A stretch of 64,000 nucleotides of DNA from Chloroflexota bacterium (GCA_017853275.1 JAFMJV010000003.1:64649-128648), one strand, 5' to 3'; positions 1-9,417 are shown, counted from the stretch's first letter. Numbers and translations are program-made. The notes: generated by a model not told the origin, from the sequence alone.

Positions 1-110
1 CCACGGCCACCCCGGCCCGGGGGCCGCAGGACGCGCCTTCGCTATCCTGCGTTCATCCTCGGGCGGCGCCGGCGCGCCGCCCTGTCCCCTTCCAGAGCGA
101 GGTGAGATGA
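1..110 (+). CDS. 3' end of an unidentified upstream ORF (partial)
   Basis: Frame is open from the window edge to TGA at 108-110, which overlaps the ATG at 107 of the next gene (ATGA coupling). The roughly 35 visible residues carry no recognisable motif. Confidence 0.2.
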   Translation, partial: TATPARGPQDAPSLSCVHPRAAPARRPVPFQSEVR

Positions 111-1153
111 CGGCGGACGAGCCGGGCACGCGGGTGCCGGGATCGGGATCGCGCGCGCCCGGTGGGAGCGGCGTCGCCTACTCGCCGCTCGCCCGTCCCA
201 CGGCCCGCCGCGGGGCGCGGGTCGTGGAGCGGATCGCCGTCCTCGTCTTCCGGAGCGCCTCGGCCATGGCGGCACGGATCCCCGCCCGCGCCGCGGACCT
301 CCTCGTCCGGGTCGCCTTCCGGATCGGCTACCACGCGTGGCCGCCGAAGCGCCGGATCATCCACCGCAACGCCTCCCGGATCCTCCGCCTCCCGGAGGAC
401 GATCCCGCCGTGGGCCGGCTCGCCCGGGACATCTACACCGGCTACGGGCGCTTCACCCTGGAGCTCCTCCGCCTTCCCCATGCGCCGGAGGACGAGCCGC
501 TCCGGCTCCTGCCGGGAGACGGGCCGGCACACACCGCCTTCCTTGCCGCGTGGGACCGGGCGAGCGCCCGGGGGACCGGGGTCATCGCGGTGAGCGGTCA
601 TATCGGGAGCATCGATCTCTTCGCCGGTTCGTATGCGCTCCGCGGCTACCCCACCTACGGGCTCGCGGACGACACCGCCTTCCCGGAGCTCTTCGACCTC
701 CTCAACCGCCAGCGGCGGCGCTGGGGCCTGGAGATCATCCCGTGGCGGAACCTGCGCGAGATCTTCCGCGTGATGCGGGCGCCCGCGATCCTCGGCATGG
801 TCGTGGACTGGGGCTACCGCCCGGATGACCTTCCGGTCCGGCTCTTCGGCTCGTGGACGACCCTCCCGGCCGGCCCGGCCACCCTTGCCGCCCGGAGCGG
901 CGCGGTCATCCTCCCGGTCGCCTCGATCCGCCAGGCGGATGGGACCTACCGCTCCGTCGCCGCGGAGGCGATCGAGGTCCCGGACGGGTCGCCGGCCGCG
1001 ATCCTCGCCGCGACCCAGCGGATCGCGGATGCCCTGGAGGCGCTCGTCCGGCCCGACCCACGCCAGTGGTTCGCCTTCAAGCCGCTCTGGCCGGCCACGG
1101 ATGCGGAGGGGCGGGCGCTCGAGGCGCGCGCCCGGGAGATCGCCGCGGGATGA
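107..1153 (+). CDS. Lysophospholipid / PIM acyltransferase (LpxL-HtrB-PatA family)
   Basis: 348-aa ORF with an HIGSID (HX4D) acyltransferase motif and family-like C-terminus (PDPRQWFAFKPLW). Stop overlaps the next start (ATGA at 1150). Confidence 0.75.
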   Translation: MTADEPGTRVPGSGSRAPGGSGVAYSPLARPTARRGARVVERIAVLVFRSASAMAARIPARAADLLVRVAFRIGYHAWPPKRRIIHRNASRILRLPEDDPAVGRLARDIYTGYGRFTLELLRLPHAPEDEPLRLLPGDGPAHTAFLAAWDRASARGTGVIAVSGHIGSIDLFAGSYALRGYPTYGLADDTAFPELFDLLNRQRRRWGLEIIPWRNLREIFRVMRAPAILGMVVDWGYRPDDLPVRLFGSWTTLPAGPATLAARSGAVILPVASIRQADGTYRSVAAEAIEVPDGSPAAILAATQRIADALEALVRPDPRQWFAFKPLWPATDAEGRALEARAREIAAG

Positions 1154-2142
1154 GCGAGAGCACCACCGCGCCGTCCCCGGAGCCCGGGTCCGCTCCCCCC
1201 ACGCGCGGCCAGCGGATCTCCGGCGCGCTCCTCATCGCCGCGCTCGGGATCGTCCGGCGCCTCCCCGAGCAGCTCGTCCTGCGGGCGGCCTGGAACGCGG
1301 GCCTCCATCTCCTGCCGCGGCTCCTGCCGGCCCGGCGCGCGGTCGTCCGGGCGAACCTCGGCCGGGTCGTGCGCTGGATGGCCGCCGAGGGCGTGGGAAG
1401 CGAGCGGGGGCGGGCCGCGGCCACGGACGCGCGGCTCCATGAGCGGCTCGTCCGGGAGGTCTTCGGCCACTGGGCGCTCACCTATGCCGAGAGCGCCCTG
1501 GCGACGCGCTATGACGCGGCGGTCCTCCGGGAACGCGTCCGCCTGCCGGACCCGGAGGCGGTCCGCGAGGGGCTCTCCGCGGTCCCCGACGGCGAGCCCG
1601 GCCGGATCTACATCTCGATCCACTTCGGGGCGGTGGAGATCGCCGGGGTCTTCGCGGCCCGGACCGGGGCGATCCCCCTTGCGGCGCCGATGGAGGTCGT
1701 GGCGAACCCGGTGATGGAGCGCTATATCCAGGCGGTCCGGGGCGAGTTCGGGGTGGAGGTCCTTCCTCTTCTCGGCGTGAGCGGGATCCTCAAGGAGCGG
1801 ATCCGGTCCGGCGGCGCGGTGGGGATCGTGGCCGATCGTCCGATCGGCGGCCCGGCCGCCACTCTCTCGCTCTTCGGGGCGCCGGCGCGGATCCCGGCGG
1901 GCCCGGCGATCCTCGCCGTGGAGACGCGCGCCCGGGTCGCCTTCATCAGCCTCGCCCGGGATGCGGGGCTGGGACGCTGGATCGGGCGGATGGATGCGGC
2001 GCTCCCGGCGGCCGACCTCCCGCGCGCCCGGCAGGTCCAGGCCCTCATCGGCGACCATGTGCGCTGGATGGAGCGGACGATCGCGTCCGCGCCGGAGCAG
2101 TGGTGGACGCTGCTCTTCCCGATCTGGGAGGAGGCTGCATGA
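1150..2142 (+). CDS. Second LpxL-HtrB-PatA family acyltransferase (tandem paralog)
   Basis: ATG at 1150 (MSESTT...) lies in frame inside track ORF 853-2142. HFGAVE (HX4E) motif and C-terminal APEQWWTLLFPIW parallel the preceding gene. Stop overlaps the next start at 2139. Confidence 0.7.
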   Translation: MSESTTAPSPEPGSAPPTRGQRISGALLIAALGIVRRLPEQLVLRAAWNAGLHLLPRLLPARRAVVRANLGRVVRWMAAEGVGSERGRAAATDARLHERLVREVFGHWALTYAESALATRYDAAVLRERVRLPDPEAVREGLSAVPDGEPGRIYISIHFGAVEIAGVFAARTGAIPLAAPMEVVANPVMERYIQAVRGEFGVEVLPLLGVSGILKERIRSGGAVGIVADRPIGGPAATLSLFGAPARIPAGPAILAVETRARVAFISLARDAGLGRWIGRMDAALPAADLPRARQVQALIGDHVRWMERTIASAPEQWWTLLFPIWEEAA

Positions 2143-3017
2143 CGACGGACGGGACGGGGGCGGCAGAGACGCCGTCCGCGCACGCCCGGCCGCGGGAGGG
2201 GAAGGCGGACCTCCACGTCCACACGCTCGCCTCGGACGGTGTCTCCGGCGTGGAGGAGATCCTCGCCTTCGTGGAGTCGAGCGACCTGGACGTCGTGGCG
2301 ATCACGGACCACGAGCGGATCGATGCGGGGATCGCGGCGCGCCGGATCGCCCTCGCCCGGGGCCTGCGGACGGAGATCATCGTGGGCGAGGAGATCACGA
2401 CCCGGAACGGCCACCTCATCGCCCTCTTCCTCGAGCGCAAGGTCGCCCCCTGGCGCTCGATGCGCGAGAGCGTCCTGCGCGTCCATGAGCAGGGCGGGAT
2501 CGCGATCGTCGCCCACCCGCTCGTCCCCTACCCCCTGTGCGCCTCCGCAGGCACGATCCGGCGCCTCCTGGACGACCCCGACCCCGCCGCCCATCCGGAT
2601 GCCATCGAGGCCTTCAACCCCACGACCGCGCGGATGCGCTGGAGCCGCCAGGTGCCGGGCTTCGTGGCGGAGGTCGGGCTCGCGGCGGTGGCCGCCTCGG
2701 ATGCCCACCGCGCGGACCTCATCGGGCGGGCGCGGACCCGCTTCCCGGGCCGGAGCGCGGAGGACCTGCGGGCCGCGATCCTCGCGCGGGAGACCGACTG
2801 GGAGGGACGTGGCTACGCCTGGGCCGAGCAGATGGGGATGTTCCGGCGCCAGATGACGAAGAACGTCCGCGCGCTCGGCGAGGAGATCGGCGGGAAGGTG
2901 ATCCGGCGGGACGGGACCGGGCGCGACCTGGGCTACCCGGGCGGGCGGCTCCGGCCGGTCCGCTTCGATCCGCGGGCGGCGGGGATCGAGGATGAGCCGG
3001 CGGCCGGCCCGCGATGA
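2139..3017 (+). CDS. PHP-domain metal-dependent phosphoesterase
   Basis: ADLHVHTLASDG...VVAITDHERID...IVAHP...ASDAHR histidine-rich PHP motifs. ATGA overlaps on both sides tie it to the flanking genes. Confidence 0.8.
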   Translation: MTTDGTGAAETPSAHARPREGKADLHVHTLASDGVSGVEEILAFVESSDLDVVAITDHERIDAGIAARRIALARGLRTEIIVGEEITTRNGHLIALFLERKVAPWRSMRESVLRVHEQGGIAIVAHPLVPYPLCASAGTIRRLLDDPDPAAHPDAIEAFNPTTARMRWSRQVPGFVAEVGLAAVAASDAHRADLIGRARTRFPGRSAEDLRAAILARETDWEGRGYAWAEQMGMFRRQMTKNVRALGEEIGGKVIRRDGTGRDLGYPGGRLRPVRFDPRAAGIEDEPAAGPR

Positions 3018-4231
3018 AGATCGGCCTCGTCACCCCCTACATCTACCCCCGCCCGGGCGGGGTGAACGCGCACGTCCAGGAGCTCTACGAGAACCTCGTC
3101 CTGCGCGGCCACGATGTCCGGATCATCAGCTCCACGCACGGCCCGCAGCGCTCGAGCGAGGGCGACATCATCCGGCTCGGCTACGGGATGAGCGTCCCCA
3201 CGAACGGCTCGGTCGGCACGCTCACCGTCTCCCACCGCTACCCCTCGCTCGTGAAGCGGATGCTCGAGCGCGAGCGCTTCGATCTCATCCACTTCCACGA
3301 GCCCTTCGTCCCCTTCCTCTCGCTCGAGGTGCTGCGGCATTCGAAGAGCGTGAACATCGCCACCTTCCACGCCTACTCCGGCTGGAGCCCCTCCTACGAG
3401 TTCGGCAAGCGGGCGATGGCCCACTACGCCGCGCGCCTCCACGGCCGGATCGCGGTGAGCGCGGCGGCGCGCCACTTCATCAGCCGCTACTTCCCCGCCG
3501 AGTACAAGGTGATCCCCAACGGCGTGGACCTGAACGACTACCGGAACCCCTCGCCCTTCGCGCGCTGGCGGGACGGCGTCCCGAACCTCCTCTTCATCGG
3601 GCGCTTCGAGAACCGGAAGGGGCTCCTCTACCTCCTGCGCGCCTTCCACGAGGTGCGCCGGGCCGGCGAGCCCGCGCGGCTCCTCGTCGTGGGTGGCGGC
3701 CCGCAGGAGCAGGAGGCACGCGACTACATCCGGAAGCACGACCTGCGGGACGTGGAGCTGCTCGGGCGGGTGAGCGACGCGGACAAGGTGCGCGCGCTCG
3801 TCACGTCGGACATCTACGTCTCCCCGGCCACCGGCCAGGAATCGTTCGGGATCGTCCTTCTCGAGGCGATGGCCGCGGGACGGGCGGTCGTCTGCTCGGA
3901 TATCCACGGCTACAAGGGGGTCGTGCGCCGGAACGAGCAGGCGCTCCTCGTCCCCCCCAAGGACGTGGATGCGCTTGCGGGCGCGCTCCTCACCCTCCTG
4001 CGGGATCCCGAGCGGCGGGCACGGATGGGCGAATCGGGCCGCCGGCGGGCGATCCAGTTCGGCTGGGAGAACATCACCGCGAAGGTGGACGACTACTACG
4101 CCTTCGTCATCCGGCGGCTCGCCCAGAGCGGTGAGCTCCCGCGCGGCTTCTCGGCGCCGGTGCCGCCGATGCCCCCCCGTCCCCCGGCTCAGCCCGGCCT
4201 CTGGAACGGCGCCGGAGACGAGGCCGGCTGA
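3014..4231 (+). CDS. pimA: GT4 glycosyltransferase resembling phosphatidylinositol alpha-mannosyltransferase PimA
   Basis: MKIGLVTPYIYPRPGGVNAHV...HFHEP...ATFHAY...ESFGIVLLEAMAAG tracks the mycobacterial PimA N- and C-terminal motifs as I recall them. It sits in an operon with PatA-like acyltransferases. Confidence 0.75.
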   Translation: MKIGLVTPYIYPRPGGVNAHVQELYENLVLRGHDVRIISSTHGPQRSSEGDIIRLGYGMSVPTNGSVGTLTVSHRYPSLVKRMLERERFDLIHFHEPFVPFLSLEVLRHSKSVNIATFHAYSGWSPSYEFGKRAMAHYAARLHGRIAVSAAARHFISRYFPAEYKVIPNGVDLNDYRNPSPFARWRDGVPNLLFIGRFENRKGLLYLLRAFHEVRRAGEPARLLVVGGGPQEQEARDYIRKHDLRDVELLGRVSDADKVRALVTSDIYVSPATGQESFGIVLLEAMAAGRAVVCSDIHGYKGVVRRNEQALLVPPKDVDALAGALLTLLRDPERRARMGESGRRRAIQFGWENITAKVDDYYAFVIRRLAQSGELPRGFSAPVPPMPPRPPAQPGLWNGAGDEAG

Positions 4232-4299
4232 GCGCTTTCGTCACCGAGCCGCCACCCGCGCGGACCCGAGCCGGTCTCCCGCGCCGGGCTCCGGCTCCG

Positions 4300-4305
4300 T
4301 AGAAT
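4300..4305 (+). promoter_or_regulatory. Possible -10 element (TAGAAT) for the BMP ABC operon
   Basis: TAGAAT lies 65 nt upstream of the RBS-supported ATG at 4370. No convincing -35 was seen. Confidence 0.25.
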
Positions 4306-4369
4306 GCGCTCGGTGGGAGAGAACGGGCCGTCGGCGCTGGACCGGCCCCGAGCGAAGGAGTCGCGATCG

Positions 4370-5605
4370 ATGGTCACAACTCGGTGGATGCGCGCGGCGC
4401 GTGCCGGTCTCGCGGGCGCGGTCCTGGGCACGGCGATCCTTGCGGGCGGCGGGCCCGCGACCCTCGCACAGGACGCGAACGCCTGCGAACCGGCGGGTGG
4501 CGTCCAGCTGCCCGAGGCGGTGGACGGGAAGTTCAACGTCGCGATGGTCCTCATCGGACCGCACGATGACGGTGGCTGGAGCCAGGCCCACTACGAGGGC
4601 CTCCTCCACGTCTGCGAGTACCTCCCGGAGACGCACATCGCCTACGTGGAGCTCGTCCCGGAGGGCCCGGACGCCGAGCAGGTCTTCCGCAGCCTTGCGC
4701 GCAAGGGCTTCGACTTCATCATCGGGACCTCGTTCGGCTACATGGACCCGATGGCGACGGTCGCCGAGGAGTTCCCGGACTCGACCTTCCTCCACCTCAC
4801 CGGCTTCAAGAGCAACGGCCGGAACTTCGGCAACTTCTTCGGCGCGATGGAGGACTACAAGTACCTCGCCGGGATGCTCGCCGGCTCGCGCGCCAAGATG
4901 GACGGCGAGACGAAGCTCGGCTACATGGCGACCTTCCCGATCCCGGAGGAGCTCCGGCTGGGGAACGCGATGATGCTGGGCATCAAGGAGACCTGCCCCG
5001 AGTGCACGATGGACATCCGCTTCATCAACACCTGGCATGACCCGGTGAAGGAGCGGGACGGCGCGGCGTCGCTCTTCGACGCGGGGGCGCACGTCGTCTT
5101 CACGGGCGCGGATACCCCCGCGAACGCGATCGTCGCCCAGGAGCGCGGCAAGTGGGCGGTCACCTACGACCACCCGAGCTCGTGCACCCTCGACTCCTGC
5201 CTCACGGCCCCCTACTGGATCTGGGGCCCGGAGTACCTCCGGATCGCCCAGCAGGTGAAGGACGGGACCTACACGGCGGGCTACGAGTACTTCGACGCCG
5301 ATTCGATGGCGATGGGCCTCTACGGCTTCGAGGAGGGCCAGGAGCTCCAGCCCGGCGTGGCAGAGCTGCCGGCCGAGGACATCCAGCTCGTCCGCGACAC
5401 CCTCGAGAAGATGCGCAACGGGGAGTTCACCCGCTTCGACGTCTTCGCCGGCCCGATCATGGACAACCAGGGGAACGTCGTCCTCGCGGAGGGCGAGCGC
5501 CTCGACCAGTCCGACCTCGACCAGTTCCCGCCCGGCGCCCCGGGTGCGGAGTGCGATCCGTGCATGTACTGGTGGGCGGACGGGATCACCGCCGAGCTCC
5601 CCTGA
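4370..5605 (+). CDS. BMP-family ABC transporter substrate-binding lipoprotein (nucleoside/purine type)
   Basis: GAAGGAG RBS 9 nt before ATG 4370 and a signal-like N-terminus (AGLAGAVLGTAILAGG). The FNVAMVLIGPHDDGGWSQAHYEGL block is typical of Bmp/PnrA proteins. Confidence 0.8.
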   Translation: MVTTRWMRAARAGLAGAVLGTAILAGGGPATLAQDANACEPAGGVQLPEAVDGKFNVAMVLIGPHDDGGWSQAHYEGLLHVCEYLPETHIAYVELVPEGPDAEQVFRSLARKGFDFIIGTSFGYMDPMATVAEEFPDSTFLHLTGFKSNGRNFGNFFGAMEDYKYLAGMLAGSRAKMDGETKLGYMATFPIPEELRLGNAMMLGIKETCPECTMDIRFINTWHDPVKERDGAASLFDAGAHVVFTGADTPANAIVAQERGKWAVTYDHPSSCTLDSCLTAPYWIWGPEYLRIAQQVKDGTYTAGYEYFDADSMAMGLYGFEEGQELQPGVAELPAEDIQLVRDTLEKMRNGEFTRFDVFAGPIMDNQGNVVLAEGERLDQSDLDQFPPGAPGAECDPCMYWWADGITAELP

Positions 5606-5627
5606 GCACGGCGAACCGGCCAGACCC

Positions 5628-5659
5628 GAGCCCCGGGGACCCCACGGTCCCCGGGGCTC
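5628..5659 (+). terminator. Perfect 13-bp GC-rich stem-loop after the SBP gene (attenuator/mRNA stabiliser)
   Basis: gagccccggggac (5628-5640) pairs with gtccccggggctc (5647-5659) around a 6-nt loop, 23 nt after the stop codon. There is no U-tract. Confidence 0.5.
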
Positions 5660-5693
5660 GTCCTTCCCCCGGCGGCGTGCCCCGCGGCGCGCG

Positions 5694-7247
5694 ATGATGG
5701 AGCCGATGACCGAGACCGCCACGCCCCTCGCGGTCGAGATGCGGGGGATCGTCAAGCGCTTCCCCGGCCTGGTCGCGAACGACCGGGTCGATCTGGACGT
5801 GCGGCGTGGCGAGGTCCATGCCCTTCTCGGCGAGAACGGCGCCGGGAAGAGCACCCTGATGAACATCCTCGCCGGGCTCTACAGCGCGGATGAGGGGACG
5901 GTCGCCGTGGATGGCCGGCCCGTCCGCTTCCGCTCCCCGCGCGAGGCGATCGCGGCCGGGATCGGGATGGTCCACCAGCACTTCACCCTCGTCCCCTCGC
6001 TCACCGTGACGGAGAACGTCCTCCTCGGCCTGGCGGAGCCGCGGATCCGTCTCGGGCTCGGGGCGCGCCACGCCGCGGTCGCTGCCTTCGCGGAGGAGCG
6101 GGGCCTGCGGGTCCCCGCGGACGCCCCCGTCTGGCAGCTCTCCGTGGGCGAGCAGCAGCGCGTCGAGATCCTGAAGATGCTCTGGCGCGGCGCCCGGATC
6201 CTGATCATGGACGAGCCGACCGCCGTCCTCGGGCCGGCGGAGACCGAGGAGCTCTTCCGCTCCCTGCGCGCGATGACCGCGGCCGGCGGGTCGGTCGTCC
6301 TCATCAGCCACAAGCTCGGCGAGGTCCTCTCCGTGGCGGACCGGATCACCGTCCTCCGGCGCGGCGCCGTCACGGCGGCGGGGATCGACGCCGCCGGGCG
6401 GACCCCCGCGGAGCTCGCCCGGCTGATGGTGGGCCGGGAGGTCCTGGAGCGCATCGAGAAGGCGCCCGCCACGCCCGGTCCCGTCGTCCTCGCCGTGCGT
6501 GGCCTCGCGGCGCAGAACGACCGCGGCCTCCCCGCGCTGCGGGGGATCGACCTCGAGGTCCGGGCGGGGGAGATCGTGGGCATCGCCGGCGTCGCCGGGA
6601 ACGGCCAGAGCGAGCTCGCGGAGGCGATCACCGGCCTGCGCGCCGCCACCGGCTCGATCACCCTGGACGGCCGGGAGATCGCGAACCGGCCGGTCCTGGA
6701 GATCATCGAGGCGGGGGTCGCGCATATCCCGGAGGACCGGACGGGGACCGGCAGCGCACCCGGTCTCTCGCTCGCGGACAACCTCGTGATGAAGCGCTAC
6801 CGGAGCGCGCCGGTCGGCGGGCGGATCCGCTTCCGGCGGCGCGCGGCGCGCGGGATCGCGGAGGCGCTGAAGGCGGACTACGCGGTGAGCGCCCCCTCGA
6901 TCGACACCCCGGCGCGGCTCCTCTCCGGCGGGAACCTCCAGCGGCTCATCCTCGCCCGCGAGCTCACATCGGGGCCGCGGCTGATCGTCGCGGTCCAGCC
7001 CACGCGCGGCCTGGACGTGGGCGCGATCGAGACCGTCCACCGGCTCCTCCTGGACCAGCGGCGGGCGGGGGCGGCGATCATCCTCATCAGCGAGGAGCTG
7101 GACGAGCTGACCGGGCTCGCCGACCGGATCCTCGTGATGTACGAGGGGCGGATCGCGGGCGATATCGAGCCCGAGCTCTTCGGCGAGATCGAGGAGATCG
7201 GGCTCCTGATGACCGGCAGCCGCGGGGCGGCGGAAGGCGCGGCATGA
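5694..7247 (+). CDS. ABC transporter ATP-binding protein, duplicated ATPase (BMP/sugar type)
   Basis: Two Walker A motifs (GENGAGKST, GVAGNGQSE) and two signature motifs (LSVGEQQR, LSGGNLQR). Start taken at ATG 5694 (MMEPMTE), inside track ORF 5544-7247. Confidence 0.85.
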   Translation: MMEPMTETATPLAVEMRGIVKRFPGLVANDRVDLDVRRGEVHALLGENGAGKSTLMNILAGLYSADEGTVAVDGRPVRFRSPREAIAAGIGMVHQHFTLVPSLTVTENVLLGLAEPRIRLGLGARHAAVAAFAEERGLRVPADAPVWQLSVGEQQRVEILKMLWRGARILIMDEPTAVLGPAETEELFRSLRAMTAAGGSVVLISHKLGEVLSVADRITVLRRGAVTAAGIDAAGRTPAELARLMVGREVLERIEKAPATPGPVVLAVRGLAAQNDRGLPALRGIDLEVRAGEIVGIAGVAGNGQSELAEAITGLRAATGSITLDGREIANRPVLEIIEAGVAHIPEDRTGTGSAPGLSLADNLVMKRYRSAPVGGRIRFRRRAARGIAEALKADYAVSAPSIDTPARLLSGGNLQRLILARELTSGPRLIVAVQPTRGLDVGAIETVHRLLLDQRRAGAAIILISEELDELTGLADRILVMYEGRIAGDIEPELFGEIEEIGLLMTGSRGAAEGAA

Positions 7248-8353
7248 GCGCGCCGGCCACGGATCGCGGGCTCCTCCCCGTCACGCTCCGCGTGGAGCGG
7301 CGGCTGGGGACACCGCGCTGGCTCCCCCTCGCGGCCACGCTTGCGGCGATCGGGGCCGCCCTCGTCCTCTCGGGCCTTCTCCTCGCGCTCATCGGCGCCG
7401 ATCCCTTCGCGGTCTTCGCGCATATCCTCGGCGCGTCCTTCGGCGACCTCTACGTCCTCTCGGACACGCTCGTCAAGGCGACCCCGCTCATCCTCACCGG
7501 CCTCGCCTGCTCGCTCGCCTTCCGGATGCGCCTCTGGAACATCGGTGCGGAAGGCCAGCTCCTCATGGGCGCCTGGGGAGCCTCCGCCGTGGTCCTCCTC
7601 GGGATCTTCCCCGCCGGGACGCCGGGGATCATCCTCATCCCGGCGATGGTCGTGGGAGGGATGGTCGCGGGCGCGCTGTGGGGCGGGATCGCGGGCGTCC
7701 TCCGGGCGCGCCTGAACGTGAACGAGATCATCACCACGCTGATGCTCAACTACGTCGCCCTCTCCTTCCTCCGCTTCTGGGTCTTCGGCCCGTGGAGCGA
7801 GGGTGGCTTCCAGCAGACGGTCCAGTTCCCGCGCGATGCCTGGCTGGGGCGCCTGACGGAGCTCTCGTGGCTCATCCCGGACGTGGCGGGGATGACCGTC
7901 CACGGCGGCTTCCTCCTTGCGCTCGTGGCGGCGGGGATCGTCTGGTGGGTCCTCTCGCGGACGCGGACCGGCTACGAGATCCGGCTCGCCGGGGACAACC
8001 CGCAGGCGGCGCGCTACGCGGGGATCGACCTGAAGCGGAAGATCGTGCTCGTCTTCCTCGCCTCGGGCGCCCTCGCGGGGCTCGCCGGGGCCTCCGAGGT
8101 GAGCGGGACGGTCCACCGGCTCCAGGACAGCCTGGCGCTGGGCTACGGCTTCACCGGGATCGTCATCGCGTATCTCGCCAAGTTCCACCCGCTCGGGGTG
8201 ATCGTGGCGGCGATCGGCTTCGGCGCGCTCATCCTCGCCGGCCGGGAGATCCAGCCCGCGGGGATCCCCGCGATGATCCAGGGGATCGTCCTCGTCTGCG
8301 TGATCGTCGCGGACGCCCTCACCCGCTACACGCTGCGGGTGGTCCGCCGATGA
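7244..8353 (+). CDS. ABC transporter permease (BMP-family system)
   Basis: Polytopic hydrophobic 369-aa ORF with ATGA overlaps to the ATPase gene and the following permease gene. Confidence 0.8.
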   Translation: MSAPATDRGLLPVTLRVERRLGTPRWLPLAATLAAIGAALVLSGLLLALIGADPFAVFAHILGASFGDLYVLSDTLVKATPLILTGLACSLAFRMRLWNIGAEGQLLMGAWGASAVVLLGIFPAGTPGIILIPAMVVGGMVAGALWGGIAGVLRARLNVNEIITTLMLNYVALSFLRFWVFGPWSEGGFQQTVQFPRDAWLGRLTELSWLIPDVAGMTVHGGFLLALVAAGIVWWVLSRTRTGYEIRLAGDNPQAARYAGIDLKRKIVLVFLASGALAGLAGASEVSGTVHRLQDSLALGYGFTGIVIAYLAKFHPLGVIVAAIGFGALILAGREIQPAGIPAMIQGIVLVCVIVADALTRYTLRVVRR

Positions 8354-9318
8354 GCCTCGAGGTCCTCCTCGCCGCAGGCGTGGCGAGCGGTACCGTCCTC
8401 CTCCTCGCCGCGCTCGGCGAGATCCTCACGGAGCGCTCGGGGATCCTCAACCTCGGGGTGGAGGGGATGCTCTTCGTGGGCGCCCTGGCCGGCTTCAAGG
8501 TGGGCCTCGAGACCGGGAACCCGTGGCTCGGGCTCGTGGCGGCGGTCCTCGCGGGGACGGCGCTCGCCCTCCTCCATGCCTTCGTCACCGTCCGGCTGGG
8601 GGCGGACCAGACGGTCTCCGGGCTCGCCCTCACGCTGCTCGGGACCGGGGTCGCGATGGTCCTCGGCGAAGGGCTCGCGGGCGGCGGGACCGGCGCCCTC
8701 CTCCCCACCCTGACGATCCCGCTCCTCTCCGCGATCCCCTTCCTCGGGCCGGTCCTCTTCACGGACCAGTCGATCATGGTCTACGTGGGGCTCCTCCTCG
8801 TGCCGCTCTGCTGGTGGTGGGTGGAGCGGACCCGGCCGGGGCTCCATCTCCGCGCGGTCGGCGAGAACCCCACCGCGGCGGACGCGCTCGGCGTCAACGT
8901 GATCCGGACGCGCGTCATCTACACCGCCCTCGGCGGCGCGCTCGTGGGTCTCGCGGGAGCCACGATCACGATGGCGATCAGCCCCGGCTGGAACGCGAAC
9001 CAGACGACCTCGGGCCAGGGCTGGATCGCGGTCGGGCTCGTGATCTTCGCCCGCTGGAGCCCGTGGCGGGCGCTCCTCGGGGCGTGGCTCATCGCGACGA
9101 TCCGCCGCCTCGCCCTCGACCTCCAGGGCCCGGACGAGATCCTCGGCATCCCGAACGTCTTCCACCTCTACCAGCCGGCGACCTTCTTCCTGGACATGCT
9201 CCCCTACCTCCTCGTCATCCTCGTCGTCGTCCTCGGCTCGCGGGAGGCGATCCGGCGGCGGCTCGGGGCACCCGCGGCGCTCGGCGTGCCGTGGCACCGG
9301 GGGGAGCGGGGGCTCTAG
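8350..9318 (+). CDS. ABC transporter permease (BMP-family system)
   Basis: ATG 8350 (MSLEVLLAAG...) lies in frame within track ORF 7678-9318. The product is polytopic and the gene ends at TAG 9316-9318, inside repeat copy 1. Confidence 0.8.
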   Translation: MSLEVLLAAGVASGTVLLLAALGEILTERSGILNLGVEGMLFVGALAGFKVGLETGNPWLGLVAAVLAGTALALLHAFVTVRLGADQTVSGLALTLLGTGVAMVLGEGLAGGGTGALLPTLTIPLLSAIPFLGPVLFTDQSIMVYVGLLLVPLCWWWVERTRPGLHLRAVGENPTAADALGVNVIRTRVIYTALGGALVGLAGATITMAISPGWNANQTTSGQGWIAVGLVIFARWSPWRALLGAWLIATIRRLALDLQGPDEILGIPNVFHLYQPATFFLDMLPYLLVILVVVLGSREAIRRRLGAPAALGVPWHRGERGL

Positions 9319-9359
9319 GGTCCGGTCAGCCCTCGGTGGATCGGGTGAGCGCGGCCGCG
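9246..9359. repeat. 114-bp direct repeat, copy 1 (left border of the 11-kb insert)
   Basis: Identical by eye, base for base, to 20391-20504. It contains the genuine 3' end of the permease gene plus a relic of the 3' end of the minus-strand protease gene. Confidence 0.9.
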
Positions 9360-9361
9360 GC

Positions 9362-9417
9362 TTGACAACGGCGATCGGGATGCCGCAGTCTCTGTGCCTC
9401 ATGTCGAAAGCGCTTTC
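9362..9417 (+). promoter_or_regulatory. Candidate promoter (TTGACA -35) and LacI-type operator palindrome GAAAGCGCTTTC
   Basis: TTGACA at 9362-9367 follows the repeat end by 2 nt. A perfect 12-bp palindrome at 9406-9417, with the CG-centred AANCGNTT core typical of LacI-family operators, begins 3 nt after the ATG at 9401-9403. Confidence 0.45.
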
